Shown here: positions 1-8,210 of the stretch, one piece after another
Position numbering within the stretch: the first letter of the stretch is position 1
Layout of the letters: the number at the start of each line of letters is the position of its first letter
Assembly (NCBI GenBank): GCA_030550235.1
Contig: JAUQPU010000003.1
Span: forward strand, 79,897-143,896
DNA from: Thermoproteota archaeon
Lineage (GTDB): Archaea; Thermoproteota; Nitrososphaeria_A; Caldarchaeales; Calditenuaceae
Direction of reading: 5' to 3'
Length of the DNA stretch: 64,000 nt
Notes under the pieces: generated by a model
What the model saw: the letters and a program-made list of their open reading frames with translations, nothing else
What the model was told of the DNA's origin: nothing
Database searches by the model: none
Position numbers and translations under genes: made by a program

Positions 1-8
1 GGAAGAGT

Positions 9-398
9 CTAACTCTTCTTAGTCTTCGTGGCCTTCTTCTTGGCCTTTTTCGGAGCGGCCGCGACCTCCTCCTCTGACGGCTGGGCTGCTGTCTGAGGCT
101 TATGTGGGGCAACCGCAACTTCCTTGGTGGGCACGTAGAGTTTTAGACCCGTGACGCCTTCAAACGGCTTTACTAGTCCCTTCTCAGCCAGCCCCCTCAA
201 AACCTTCTTGGCCACAGAAAGCCTGACACCGAACCTCTCCGCTATGAGGTAGGGTGTTAGACAGGGCTGTGACTGGGCGAATGACTCAACCTCTGCCATG
301 TTGCTGATAGTTAAGCTTAGCACCCGCTTCTCCGCCGTCTTGGCCTTCTCAGCCGATTTAGCCTGCTGCTTCTGAGACAACCTCCAACCCCATCGCAA
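9..398 (-). CDS. rps25e: 30S ribosomal protein eS25 (S25e) with an Ala/Pro/Lys-rich C-terminal tail of about 40 aa
   Basis: A Lys-rich N-terminus is followed by the winged-helix core LTPYLIAERFGVRLSVAKKVLRGLAEKGLV, typical of archaeal S25e. The start (TTG at 398) is uncertain. Confidence 0.8.
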   Translation of the reverse strand: MRWGWRLSQKQQAKSAEKAKTAEKRVLSLTISNMAEVESFAQSQPCLTPYLIAERFGVRLSVAKKVLRGLAEKGLVKPFEGVTGLKLYVPTKEVAVAPHKPQTAAQPSEEEVAAAPKKAKKKATKTKKS

Positions 399-419
399 GC
401 CCCCTATATAGGTGTTAGT

Positions 420-893
420 CTACGTCGGCGCCGATATCTCGCCAACCAGACCTCCGGTAAGCCTCTGAATATCAGCAGGCGAGATCTCAACTAAGGCGTT
501 GCTGCTCCCTCCGCCTCCATAGACTCTTTCGAGGGACATAACCTCCGAGTCGATCACCACCTGGACGTCAGGTCTCAAGCCCACGGGAGGCACAGCGCCT
601 ACCTCATAGCCGGTGTGAATCTTTGTCTCCTCTGGTGTGGCAATCCTGACGCTTCTAGCCCCAATCAGTCTTGCGAGCCTATACTCACTCACCCTCCTGT
701 CTCCGCGAACAATGGCGAGGACAGCCCCACCCTTATCATCTATAAACAAAACGCTCTTGATTATCCGCTCAGGCCCGACGCCCAGCCTCTTCGCCGCAGC
801 GGCCACGGTCTTGACATGACCTTCAAAAAACACTAAGCGAGCATTAACCCCCCTCTCTCTCAAATAGCTCTCAAGCGCGGCCGTGTCGCCCAA
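420..893 (-). CDS. YbaK/ProX-type aminoacyl-tRNA trans-editing deacylase
   Basis: 157 aa. The pattern KSVLFIDDKGGAVLAIVRGDRRVS...TGYEVGAVPPVG...GGGS matches the YbaK/EbsC/ProRS-INS editing-domain family. Confidence 0.75.
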   Translation of the reverse strand: MGDTAALESYLRERGVNARLVFFEGHVKTVAAAAKRLGVGPERIIKSVLFIDDKGGAVLAIVRGDRRVSEYRLARLIGARSVRIATPEETKIHTGYEVGAVPPVGLRPDVQVVIDSEVMSLERVYGGGGSSNALVEISPADIQRLTGGLVGEISAPT

Positions 894-966
894 GGACTAT
901 CAGTGATTTTGTCTACCGGCTTAAAATTATCCCTTACCCCCCGGGTTAACGGTTTTATCTACTGGA

Positions 967-1749
967 TTGGCTAGGGGAGGGGTTGGAGTGGTTAAGCTTT
1001 ACGGCCGTGTGGCGCTGGTTAGGCCTGAAGAGTCGAGAGATGTCGAAGAGACTGTGAGGAGGATTCTTAAGAGGCACCCCACTGTCGAGGCTATACTGAG
1101 ATACTGGGGTGTGGAGGGCGAGTATAGGAGGCCGAGGGTGGAGGTCCTCTGGGGAGTCGCGCCCCAATCTATAGTCTATCGCGAGTATGGTGTGGAGTTT
1201 GAGCTCGACCCGAGGAGCCTCATGTTCAGCCTCGGAAACAAGTTTGAGAGGCTGCGGATTGCGGCCATGGCTAGGAGCTGGGAGGTGATTGTCGACATGT
1301 TTGCAGGCGTGGGACAGTTCAGCATTCCCATTGCATACCACGCTGCGCCCAAGAAAATACACGCCATCGAGAAGAACCCCGAGGCATACAGGTTCCTCCT
1401 CAGGAATATTGAGCGGAACAGGGTCTCAGAGATAGTTGATCCCCACCTCGGCGACTGTAGAGAAGTAGCGGGGGCGATCGGCCCGGTTGCCGATAGAGTA
1501 TTGATGGGATACCTCCACAATACGATCAGCTTCCTCCCACACGCCCTAGGCATGCTCTCCAGTGCGGGGGGAGTTGTCCACATCCATAGCCTAGTGGTGA
1601 GGGGGAAGGAAGGTGAGCTGGCAGCAGAGGCAACATCCACAGCCGAGGAGCTGGGATACAGGGCTAAGCTCCTAGGCCAGAGAGTGATTAAAAGCTACTC
1701 TCCATCAAAGCTCCACATAGCTCTAGATATCTTCGCCCTTAAACACTGA
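967..1749 (+). CDS. Trm5/Taw2-family class I SAM-dependent tRNA modification enzyme, probably Taw2 (wyosine pathway aminocarboxypropyltransferase)
   Basis: SAM-binding motif VDMFAGVGQFSIPIA. It has DRVLMGY in place of the Trm5 NLP motif. The short length (260 aa) fits Taw2/TYW2 homologues. Confidence 0.7.
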   Translation: MARGGVGVVKLYGRVALVRPEESRDVEETVRRILKRHPTVEAILRYWGVEGEYRRPRVEVLWGVAPQSIVYREYGVEFELDPRSLMFSLGNKFERLRIAAMARSWEVIVDMFAGVGQFSIPIAYHAAPKKIHAIEKNPEAYRFLLRNIERNRVSEIVDPHLGDCREVAGAIGPVADRVLMGYLHNTISFLPHALGMLSSAGGVVHIHSLVVRGKEGELAAEATSTAEELGYRAKLLGQRVIKSYSPSKLHIALDIFALKH

Positions 1750-2704
1750 GTGTCATCTTAATGAGCATGAGCTCCTTAATACTCTCGGTAGCTTTCGATA
1801 ATGTAGTGAAAAGCTCGTAGGCTCTGCAGTCTTCCAAAATCCTACCTGCTACAACCCCTCTCAGCTTATCTTCCACCCTCTCCAACGACTCATGGTCACC
1901 ACCAACAGCGTCTGTAAGCTCAGAGACAAGCTCGGCGAAAGTGCCGACCACGCTAGAAACATCTCCACCCCTAGTCGCGAATTCTTCAAAGGCGTCGCAG
2001 AGGTCGAGCATCCGGGCGGAGACTACGCCTGCGAGTGGAAGGGCCTGGATTACCAGGTCTCTTGAAGGCCTAGCTATCATTCCAGAGACGTGTCTAAAAA
2101 GGGCGAGGGCGTAAAGGCGGCAGTCAGCCAGCTCATCCTGTAGTGTTGAGGTCTCGCCCGAGCCAGTCTGCTTTGCCGCTGATTGGGCAGCAGAGGCCAG
2201 GGTCATCAAGAATACCCTGATGCCCTGCTCTAAACTTGCGAAGACCTCGTCAGAGAAGGATGCTAGAGACTCATGCTCGCTTGGCGCTGTCACTATGAGG
2301 CCGTGAATCTCCCTCCTCAGCCTTCTAAGCCTGCTCATCACCTGCTGGATAGGCTCTCGCGTCCTAAACCTTATCTGGTTCACACCAATTTTATACAGGA
2401 CCTTGGCCAAGTATTCCAGCCTCCTCTCGCCCACCACATCAAGCTCAACATCCACGGCAGTACCGCCGGCCCTCTCACTTGGGACAACTATCAGGAGTCC
2501 CGGGTCTGTGAGCAGGAGAACGCTTGCGCCCTTACCAAGCCCCTGCCCCTCAACCCAATCCTTCGGGAGAGTCAAGACATAGGAGCTCCCCCGAAGCTGC
2601 TGAAGTCTCCTCTCCTCAACCCTAGGCATGTATAACAATTCCTGCGCCAGCGTTATAACGCTTATCCCGATGAGAGCTGGAGTCCAAAGAAGGTCAAATA
2701 TCAT
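1739..2704 (-). CDS. AbrB/SpoVT-domain plus PhoU-domain regulator (archaeal phosphate-uptake-regulator-like), paralogue 1
   Basis: N-terminal swapped-hairpin motif GSSYVLTLPKDWVEGQGLGKGASVLL, followed by helical PhoU-like repeats. Same architecture as 10472..11521. Confidence 0.7.
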   Translation of the reverse strand: MIFDLLWTPALIGISVITLAQELLYMPRVEERRLQQLRGSSYVLTLPKDWVEGQGLGKGASVLLLTDPGLLIVVPSERAGGTAVDVELDVVGERRLEYLAKVLYKIGVNQIRFRTREPIQQVMSRLRRLRREIHGLIVTAPSEHESLASFSDEVFASLEQGIRVFLMTLASAAQSAAKQTGSGETSTLQDELADCRLYALALFRHVSGMIARPSRDLVIQALPLAGVVSARMLDLCDAFEEFATRGGDVSSVVGTFAELVSELTDAVGGDHESLERVEDKLRGVVAGRILEDCRAYELFTTLSKATESIKELMLIKMTLSV

Positions 2705-2800
2705 TTAACTGTGAAGAGAGCCCAATAGCCTCAGCTAGGCAGATATTAAGTTAGCTATCAGATCTAACAAACAATAAATCGAGTTACGGGTGGCCTGGGG

Positions 2801-2926
2801 CTATACCTCCTCTTCCTCTTCCCACTCCTCCTCTTCCTCTTCCCATTCCTCTTCTTCTTCCTCCCACTCTTCCTCCTCCTCGAAGTCTTCTTCCCACTCC
2901 TCTTCGGAGAACCTAATGTGGCTCAT
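2801..2926 (-). CDS. Candidate small hyper-acidic protein (41 aa), MSHIRFSEEEWEEDFEEEEEWEEEEEEWEEEEEEWEEEEEV
   Basis: Hand translation of the minus strand runs from ATG 2926 to TAG 2801. It is below the ORF-track cut-off. A TATA-like element lies 33-44 nt upstream. Confidence 0.4.
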   Translation of the reverse strand: MSHIRFSEEEWEEDFEEEEEWEEEEEEWEEEEEEWEEEEEV

Positions 2927-2958
2927 AGATCATCGTGCCATATGCTCGCTAATTCCCT

Positions 2959-2970
2959 GAATATAAAAGT
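2959..2970 (-). promoter_or_regulatory. TATA-like box (minus-strand ACTTTTATATTC) upstream of the small acidic ORF
   Basis: An A/T-rich octamer-like element at the distance expected for an archaeal promoter with a short leader. Confidence 0.35.
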
Positions 2971-3063
2971 ATTGTGAGCCAGTGGAACGACTTCTGTCCC
3001 AGAATTAAAGTTTTAACCCGTTTAATCGGTCCTATGAGCATTCCTCAGCGCCGTGAGCTGCGG

Positions 3064-3933
3064 TTAGTGCCACTCCCTCGGATATCTCCAGTCCGAGCCA
3101 TGTGACCTCGCGCTGAGCCTGAATATCTCGGGTAGCTGTCTCTTGTGCTGTGTCTGTTTTACCAGCCTCATCACCTTCTCTACAACCTCTATGTCGACTC
3201 CTAGGCGGGATGAGACCTCCTCCTCACTAAGCCAAGCGTCAAACCTTAGATAGAGTATGCTGTCTAGGAGTTCGTATGAGATTCCAAGCTCGGACTCGGC
3301 TGTCTGGCCTGGCCAGAGTGCGGGTGAGGGAGGCTTCACAACTATCTCCTCCGGGACCCCCAAGTATCTAGCGAGCTGTCTGACCTGGGTCTTGTAAAGG
3401 TCTGCGATTGGCATGACATCCACACCCGCGTCCCCATACTTTGTGAAGTATCCTATGGTCAGCTCAGACTTATCGCTTGTGCCTATGACTAGGCAGTCGC
3501 GCTTAGCCGCCTGTGCATGGAGGGTTATCATCCTAACCCGCGCCGCTATGTTACCAATTATAACCGGGCTGTCAACACCCAGCCTGTCTGCAAACATTCT
3601 GACTATGTCGTCGATGTTTATTATTTCATAGTTGCCCTCAGGTATATGAAGCATCTTAATTATGGACTGGGCATGCAGCATGTCACGCTGGGGCGTGGCC
3701 GATGTTGGGAGGATATAGCAAAAGAGTTTCTCTGGGCCCAATGCGCGGGCCGTGAGGTAGGCCGTTGTGGCCGAGTCTATCCCGCCGCTCAGGCCTATAA
3801 CCCCTCCCCGCTTACCTGCATACTCGAAGACATACCGTCTAAGCCTCTCACAAAGATAGCTGGCAACCCTCTCGGCATTGATCTCAAGCTCCTTGATCGG
3901 TAGGCCTATAGGGGTGGTTGTCTTTCCAGCCAT
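3064..3933 (-). CDS. nadE: NAD+ synthetase, synthetase (ATP-pyrophosphatase) subunit
   Basis: PP-loop GLSGGIDSA, and later SDKSELTIGYFTKYGD, typical of NadE. Confidence 0.9.
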   Translation of the reverse strand: MAGKTTTPIGLPIKELEINAERVASYLCERLRRYVFEYAGKRGGVIGLSGGIDSATTAYLTARALGPEKLFCYILPTSATPQRDMLHAQSIIKMLHIPEGNYEIINIDDIVRMFADRLGVDSPVIIGNIAARVRMITLHAQAAKRDCLVIGTSDKSELTIGYFTKYGDAGVDVMPIADLYKTQVRQLARYLGVPEEIVVKPPSPALWPGQTAESELGISYELLDSILYLRFDAWLSEEEVSSRLGVDIEVVEKVMRLVKQTQHKRQLPEIFRLSARSHGSDWRYPREWH

Positions 3934-3984
3934 CCAAGTCGTCTCTGTGGCGGCTTGTTTAAAAATCTGCCTGGTGAGAATGTC

Positions 3985-4848
3985 TTAGAGCTTTGAAAGT
4001 ATGCTGTGGAATTCCCGGAGATGCACTCTGAAGGAGCTGAATCTCCTTGCCCTAGCGTTTTCTGAGAGGTTTACCTCACAAGTCTTAAAGTCCTCCTCCA
4101 TTGTCCTGCATCTTTCCAGCTCGACGCCGTCAGGCCCAATTACTCTCGAGCCTCCCCAGAAGAACTCCTCATCCTCAGGCCCCGCCCTATTCACGAAGAC
4201 CACATGGACCGTATGCGTCAGTGCAGTCGCATTAAGTATTGAGCCCCAGGCGTGGTCTATCCAGGTTCTGCCCTCCACAAGGTTGTTTAGCCCCCTAAGG
4301 GGTGATGAGGCTATGCAGACAAGCAGCTCGGCGCCAAGCCTCACAAGCGCCTCAGCAGGCTCAGGGTGCCAGAGGTCTTCACAGATCAGGGTTCCAAAGG
4401 CTCCGAGTCCACTCCCGACTATCCTCAGGTCTCTCTGGGGGTCGCCTGGCATGAAGTAGCGCGCCTCCTCGAAGAGGCCATAGGTCGGCAGATAATATTT
4501 CGGGATTACACACTTTATCTCCCCCTCACCTAGAATCGCGGCTGCGTTCTGGATGATCCCCGGCCTCGGCTCCCAGACCACGCCTACGACCGCGTATATC
4601 TCGCGGCAGAACTGTTTTATCTCCTCCAGCGCATTCCTACATGCCTGTGGGACCTCGTAGGCCACGTCTCTCAAGAGGTATCCGGTTAGTGAAAGCTCGG
4701 GGAAAACAACTAGGTCAGCCCCTTCACTCCGCGCCCTCTCAATATATTCTATGTGCTTTTCCTTATTCGATTTGATGTCGCCTATACGTGTCGAGACTTG
4801 TGCGAGGGCAACCCTCAGCCTGCCACTCCTCAGACCAGCATGCAACAC
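3985..4848 (-). CDS. Carbon-nitrogen hydrolase (nitrilase superfamily), probable glutaminase partner of NadE
   Basis: Glu-Lys-Cys signature segments VVFPELSLTGY and GTLICEDLWHPE. It lies directly upstream of nadE on the same strand. Confidence 0.85.
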   Translation of the reverse strand: MLHAGLRSGRLRVALAQVSTRIGDIKSNKEKHIEYIERARSEGADLVVFPELSLTGYLLRDVAYEVPQACRNALEEIKQFCREIYAVVGVVWEPRPGIIQNAAAILGEGEIKCVIPKYYLPTYGLFEEARYFMPGDPQRDLRIVGSGLGAFGTLICEDLWHPEPAEALVRLGAELLVCIASSPLRGLNNLVEGRTWIDHAWGSILNATALTHTVHVVFVNRAGPEDEEFFWGGSRVIGPDGVELERCRTMEEDFKTCEVNLSENARARRFSSFRVHLREFHSILSKL

Positions 4849-4949
4849 AGTCTAGCAGAGCCTCCCCAATAATAAATCATCACATCCGCCTGTGAAAGCT
4901 GTACCGGCAACCCACCCTTCCCAACTCTGACGAAGAGGCGTCAGGGTTT

Positions 4950-5795
4950 ATGAATTGGGTTGATGTTGAATCTCTAAAGTCCTTGGTCAAGAGCGTCATA
5001 CTGATATCGCGTGCGGATAAATCCTCTATGCTGGTCAGGAAACATTTAGTAGAGGTTTTGGGGTTTGAGCCTGTCGCTGGAGAGGGGCGGGAGGTGCTGA
5101 TTGGGCGCGGCGTCTCAGCAGTGGTGGTCGACTCGCATCACCTCTACCTCACGGAGGAGGAGATACTCGGGCTCAACTCAGACCTCATCGTCGTAGCCTC
5201 CGCTCACCGCTCGGAGAGTGGGACAAAGGCTCTGACCACACACGCTACAGGAAACTGGACCTGCGACACAAACATGGGCGGAAGGCCACGTAAACTATCA
5301 CATACACTAGCCGGCGCCATCAGAGCTGCATACAACTCTCTCAAGACGCGTGTCGAGGAGGATAAGGGCCTGAGCGGCTGGTGGGTGGGGCTTGAGGTGA
5401 CTCACCACGGTCCCTACTCACCTATACCGCTGTTGTATGTCGAGTTCGGGGGCCCCTTAGAGGCTAGGACCGATGAGAGGGCGGCTGGGGCTGTGGCAGA
5501 GGCTTGTATAGAGGCCTGCCTAGCAGGGCCGTCTAAAATCGCCGCGATAGGTGTTGGCGGCGGCCACTATGCACCCACATTCACCAGACTAATGGAGAGG
5601 GATGAGTACGACTTCGGGCACATTCTCCCGAAATACTCCATCCCCGAGGGCGTCGAGCTCCTGGGGGAGGCGATAGATAAGACCGCCGACGGATGTAGTG
5701 TAGCTGTTATCGACTGGAAGGGAGTCCAGGGGCAGTATAGAGGCCTCGTCCTCGATAGACTCCATCAGCTAGGAGTTGAGATATTTAGAGAATAA
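4950..5795 (+). CDS. dtdA: Archaeal-type D-aminoacyl-tRNA deacylase (DtdA family)
   Basis: The segments SAHRSESG...LTTHATGNW...EVTHHGPY...VEFGG...GGGHYAP match the archaeal D-Tyr-tRNA(Tyr) deacylase family. Confidence 0.8.
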   Translation: MNWVDVESLKSLVKSVILISRADKSSMLVRKHLVEVLGFEPVAGEGREVLIGRGVSAVVVDSHHLYLTEEEILGLNSDLIVVASAHRSESGTKALTTHATGNWTCDTNMGGRPRKLSHTLAGAIRAAYNSLKTRVEEDKGLSGWWVGLEVTHHGPYSPIPLLYVEFGGPLEARTDERAAGAVAEACIEACLAGPSKIAAIGVGGGHYAPTFTRLMERDEYDFGHILPKYSIPEGVELLGEAIDKTADGCSVAVIDWKGVQGQYRGLVLDRLHQLGVEIFRE

Positions 5796-5877
5796 GACGC
5801 GTCTATTAGTGATCCTATCTCACGTCCCATTTTGATCCATAAAAGAAGAGTTTGAGTGTGGGCTAGGTTTAGCTGGC

Positions 5878-7059
5878 TTAGTCTGCTTCCTCTTGGGCTT
5901 CCTTCTTCTTTGGTGCTACGGCTTTTGCGGTTGGCTTCTCTTCGTAAGGCCTGAACCTTGGCTTCAGTGTCTCTAGGATTGAGGGCAGAGTGGTGTATTC
6001 CATCTCCTCGTGGCCGAGGCGTGCAGGCTCGAACTCTCCCATAGTCCTCAGATACACAGCTATCTCGGCGGCCTTCTGCCTGACATAGTCCCAGAATGGA
6101 TCTGCGAAGAGGTCTGCAGGCTCCTCGCCGTCAATCCCCACCAACTTGCCGTTGCTTATCTGCCAGCCCATCGCAATAACCCTCGGCGGCCCGTCGAAGA
6201 ACGAGACAACGTTCTGCCCATTCTTGAAAGATACAGGCATCAGTGGCCCCCTATGGGAGCCCCTCATCCAGCCACTAACGATCGGCGGCACTGCGAAGGC
6301 GGCTAAGACCTCGCCAACAGCGGGGAAGCCGGCCTGAGCCCTCACTACGAGTACAGGGTCATCCTTGCCAACATAGCGTCCAGCTATCAAGCTGAGCCTC
6401 GTAGTGCTCGCTGCAGCGGCAGGCTCATTGTCTGCCGCCCTCCTCACACGAGCCACGGCATAGCGGCCAGGTGTCCCCAGAAGTCCAAGCAGCATGTAAA
6501 GCTCCTCAGGCGTCTTCAGCTCCACCACCTTGTTCTCATATAGGTCGAGGACCTCGAAGATGAAGCCCTTCTGCAGCTGCGGATCGATGACTAGGCCGGC
6601 TGTATTGTCGGGTGAGGCGAATATCCTATAAAGGGGTAGGTTCCAGGCCCCTGGCTCGGTCTTATCGGCTGCGAATACTATGACAGGGTCTGATCTCCTC
6701 TCCTCAAACTCTATCTCAGCAACACCGGGGCCAAGGCCTCTCACATTACCGCTGAAGGCATCGCTAAGCAGGTCCTGCCCAGCACCATAGAGCTTAAGGG
6801 GCTTCGCCACATTCTCTGTAATCTCCTTAAAGACTCTCCAGGCGAGCCCATGTATCTCGGCGTCGTTCTCACCCCTATTATGTGTCATGATGAGTATGAT
6901 GTCGTCCCCCGCGTGTGTCACGTATCCGCTGTTGATGAGACCTGTCGTCCTAGCCTCGGCCAGCTTCTTCTGTGCGTAGCGCAGCATCTCGTTGTGTGGC
7001 TTGTAGTGTCCTGAGACGCTTCCAACATCCGCCTTGATGACGGATAACGTGGTCTTCAA
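5878..7059 (-). CDS. fbp: Bifunctional fructose-1,6-bisphosphate aldolase/phosphatase (class V FBPase)
   Basis: The N-terminus MKTTLSVIKADVGSVSGH and the overall length are characteristic of the archaeal FBP aldolase/phosphatase. Confidence 0.95.
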   Translation of the reverse strand: MKTTLSVIKADVGSVSGHYKPHNEMLRYAQKKLAEARTTGLINSGYVTHAGDDIILIMTHNRGENDAEIHGLAWRVFKEITENVAKPLKLYGAGQDLLSDAFSGNVRGLGPGVAEIEFEERRSDPVIVFAADKTEPGAWNLPLYRIFASPDNTAGLVIDPQLQKGFIFEVLDLYENKVVELKTPEELYMLLGLLGTPGRYAVARVRRAADNEPAAAASTTRLSLIAGRYVGKDDPVLVVRAQAGFPAVGEVLAAFAVPPIVSGWMRGSHRGPLMPVSFKNGQNVVSFFDGPPRVIAMGWQISNGKLVGIDGEEPADLFADPFWDYVRQKAAEIAVYLRTMGEFEPARLGHEEMEYTTLPSILETLKPRFRPYEEKPTAKAVAPKKKEAQEEAD

Positions 7060-7193
7060 CTTGTTTTTCTACCTCTTTTTCAGCTCTCTAACGAGAGCGG
7101 CTCAATTTTAGGATTCACCCAAGCAACGGCGCCTAATAGCCAAGAATAGGGGGCGATACACTCATTTACCAACCATTTAGCTCTAAATAGGTT

Positions 7194-8210
7194 GTGAAGG
7201 CGGTAGTCCTAGAGCGTTATGGCCCTCCTGAGGCCCTCGAGTACAGTGATATAGCCGATCCTGTTCCAGCGGAGGGGGAGCTGCTGGTTAAAGTGGCCGC
7301 ATCAGGTGTCAACAGGGTGGACGTGTGGATTAGAACGGGGAAGTATCAGGTCAAGCTTCCCCACATATTGGGCGTCGACATTGCGGGTGAGGTCATCTCG
7401 TCGACGGTGCCTCAGGTCAAGAAGGGTGAGCGGGTGGTGCTTTTCCCCGACATGCCCTGCGGCAGATGCAGATACTGCCTCACCGGTCGCTTCCAGCTCT
7501 GCAAGAACAGCTCAAGGCTCGGCTCCTCCCGCTGGGGAGGATATGCGGAGCTGGTAACCGCTCCTGCACAGACGGCCATACCTATCCCCAGCGGCATGAG
7601 CCTTGAGGAGGCTGCCGCGCTCCCAGTCAACTACTCCACTGCGTGGAGGGCCTTGGTCACCGATGCTGGAGTCCGGCCAGGGATGCGTGTCCTTGTGGTA
7701 GGTGGGAGTAGTGGTGTGGGTGTTGCGGCGACGCAAATTGCAAGGCTCGCGGGTGCAGAGGTGATATCTGTGGTGGGGAGCGACTGGAAGGAGGAGAAGG
7801 CCTACAAAGCTGGTGCGAGCTTTGTAGTAAACCGGGCCAAGAAGGATGTTGTCGAGGAGGTTTCGAAGCTGACGAGCGGCGATGGCGTGGATATCGTCTT
7901 AGAGATGGCTGGAACCGCCTTTTGGGAAAAGGCACTACAATGCCTCGCACCAGGCGGCGTACTGGTTACTGTGGGCGCCACCACGGGAGACCAGGTCTCA
8001 TTCAACGTGAGACCATTCTATAGAAAGTATCAGAGAGTAATTGGAAGCGGCATGGGCACCCAGGGCGAGTTCTTTAGGATAGTCGAGCTGGCGGCTCAGG
8101 GAAAGCTCCGCCCAATAATCGATAAGGTCTTCAGCCTCAAGGAAGCGTCTGAGGCGCATAGGAGGCTGGAGGCCGGAGAGCACTTTGGGAAGATATTGTT
8201 GAAGCCGTGA
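7194..8210 (+). CDS. Zinc-type alcohol dehydrogenase / quinone oxidoreductase (MDR superfamily)
   Basis: GroES-like N-terminal domain containing CGRCRYC, and Rossmann motif VVGGSSGVGVAATQIA. Confidence 0.85.
   Translation: MKAVVLERYGPPEALEYSDIADPVPAEGELLVKVAASGVNRVDVWIRTGKYQVKLPHILGVDIAGEVISSTVPQVKKGERVVLFPDMPCGRCRYCLTGRFQLCKNSSRLGSSRWGGYAELVTAPAQTAIPIPSGMSLEEAAALPVNYSTAWRALVTDAGVRPGMRVLVVGGSSGVGVAATQIARLAGAEVISVVGSDWKEEKAYKAGASFVVNRAKKDVVEEVSKLTSGDGVDIVLEMAGTAFWEKALQCLAPGGVLVTVGATTGDQVSFNVRPFYRKYQRVIGSGMGTQGEFFRIVELAAQGKLRPIIDKVFSLKEASEAHRRLEAGEHFGKILLKP

Noticed and set aside
2807-2905. Periodic C/T-rich tract with a unit of roughly 18-21 nt. I considered it as a microsatellite or mini CRISPR-like array.
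   Set aside because: The units are contiguous with no spacers and far shorter than CRISPR repeats. The periodicity is fully explained by the (E5-6 W) coding repeat on the minus strand, reported as a finding instead.
7083-7098. Short palindromes in promoters and spacers: GCTCTC-TAAC-GAGAGC between fbp and the ADH gene, CTGACG-AAGAGG-CGTCAG at 4927..4944 just before dtdA, and AGACGCGTCT at 5795..5804.
   Set aside because: Six-bp arms are expected by chance many times in 64 kb. Without recurrence elsewhere or conservation data, they cannot be supported as operators or terminators.
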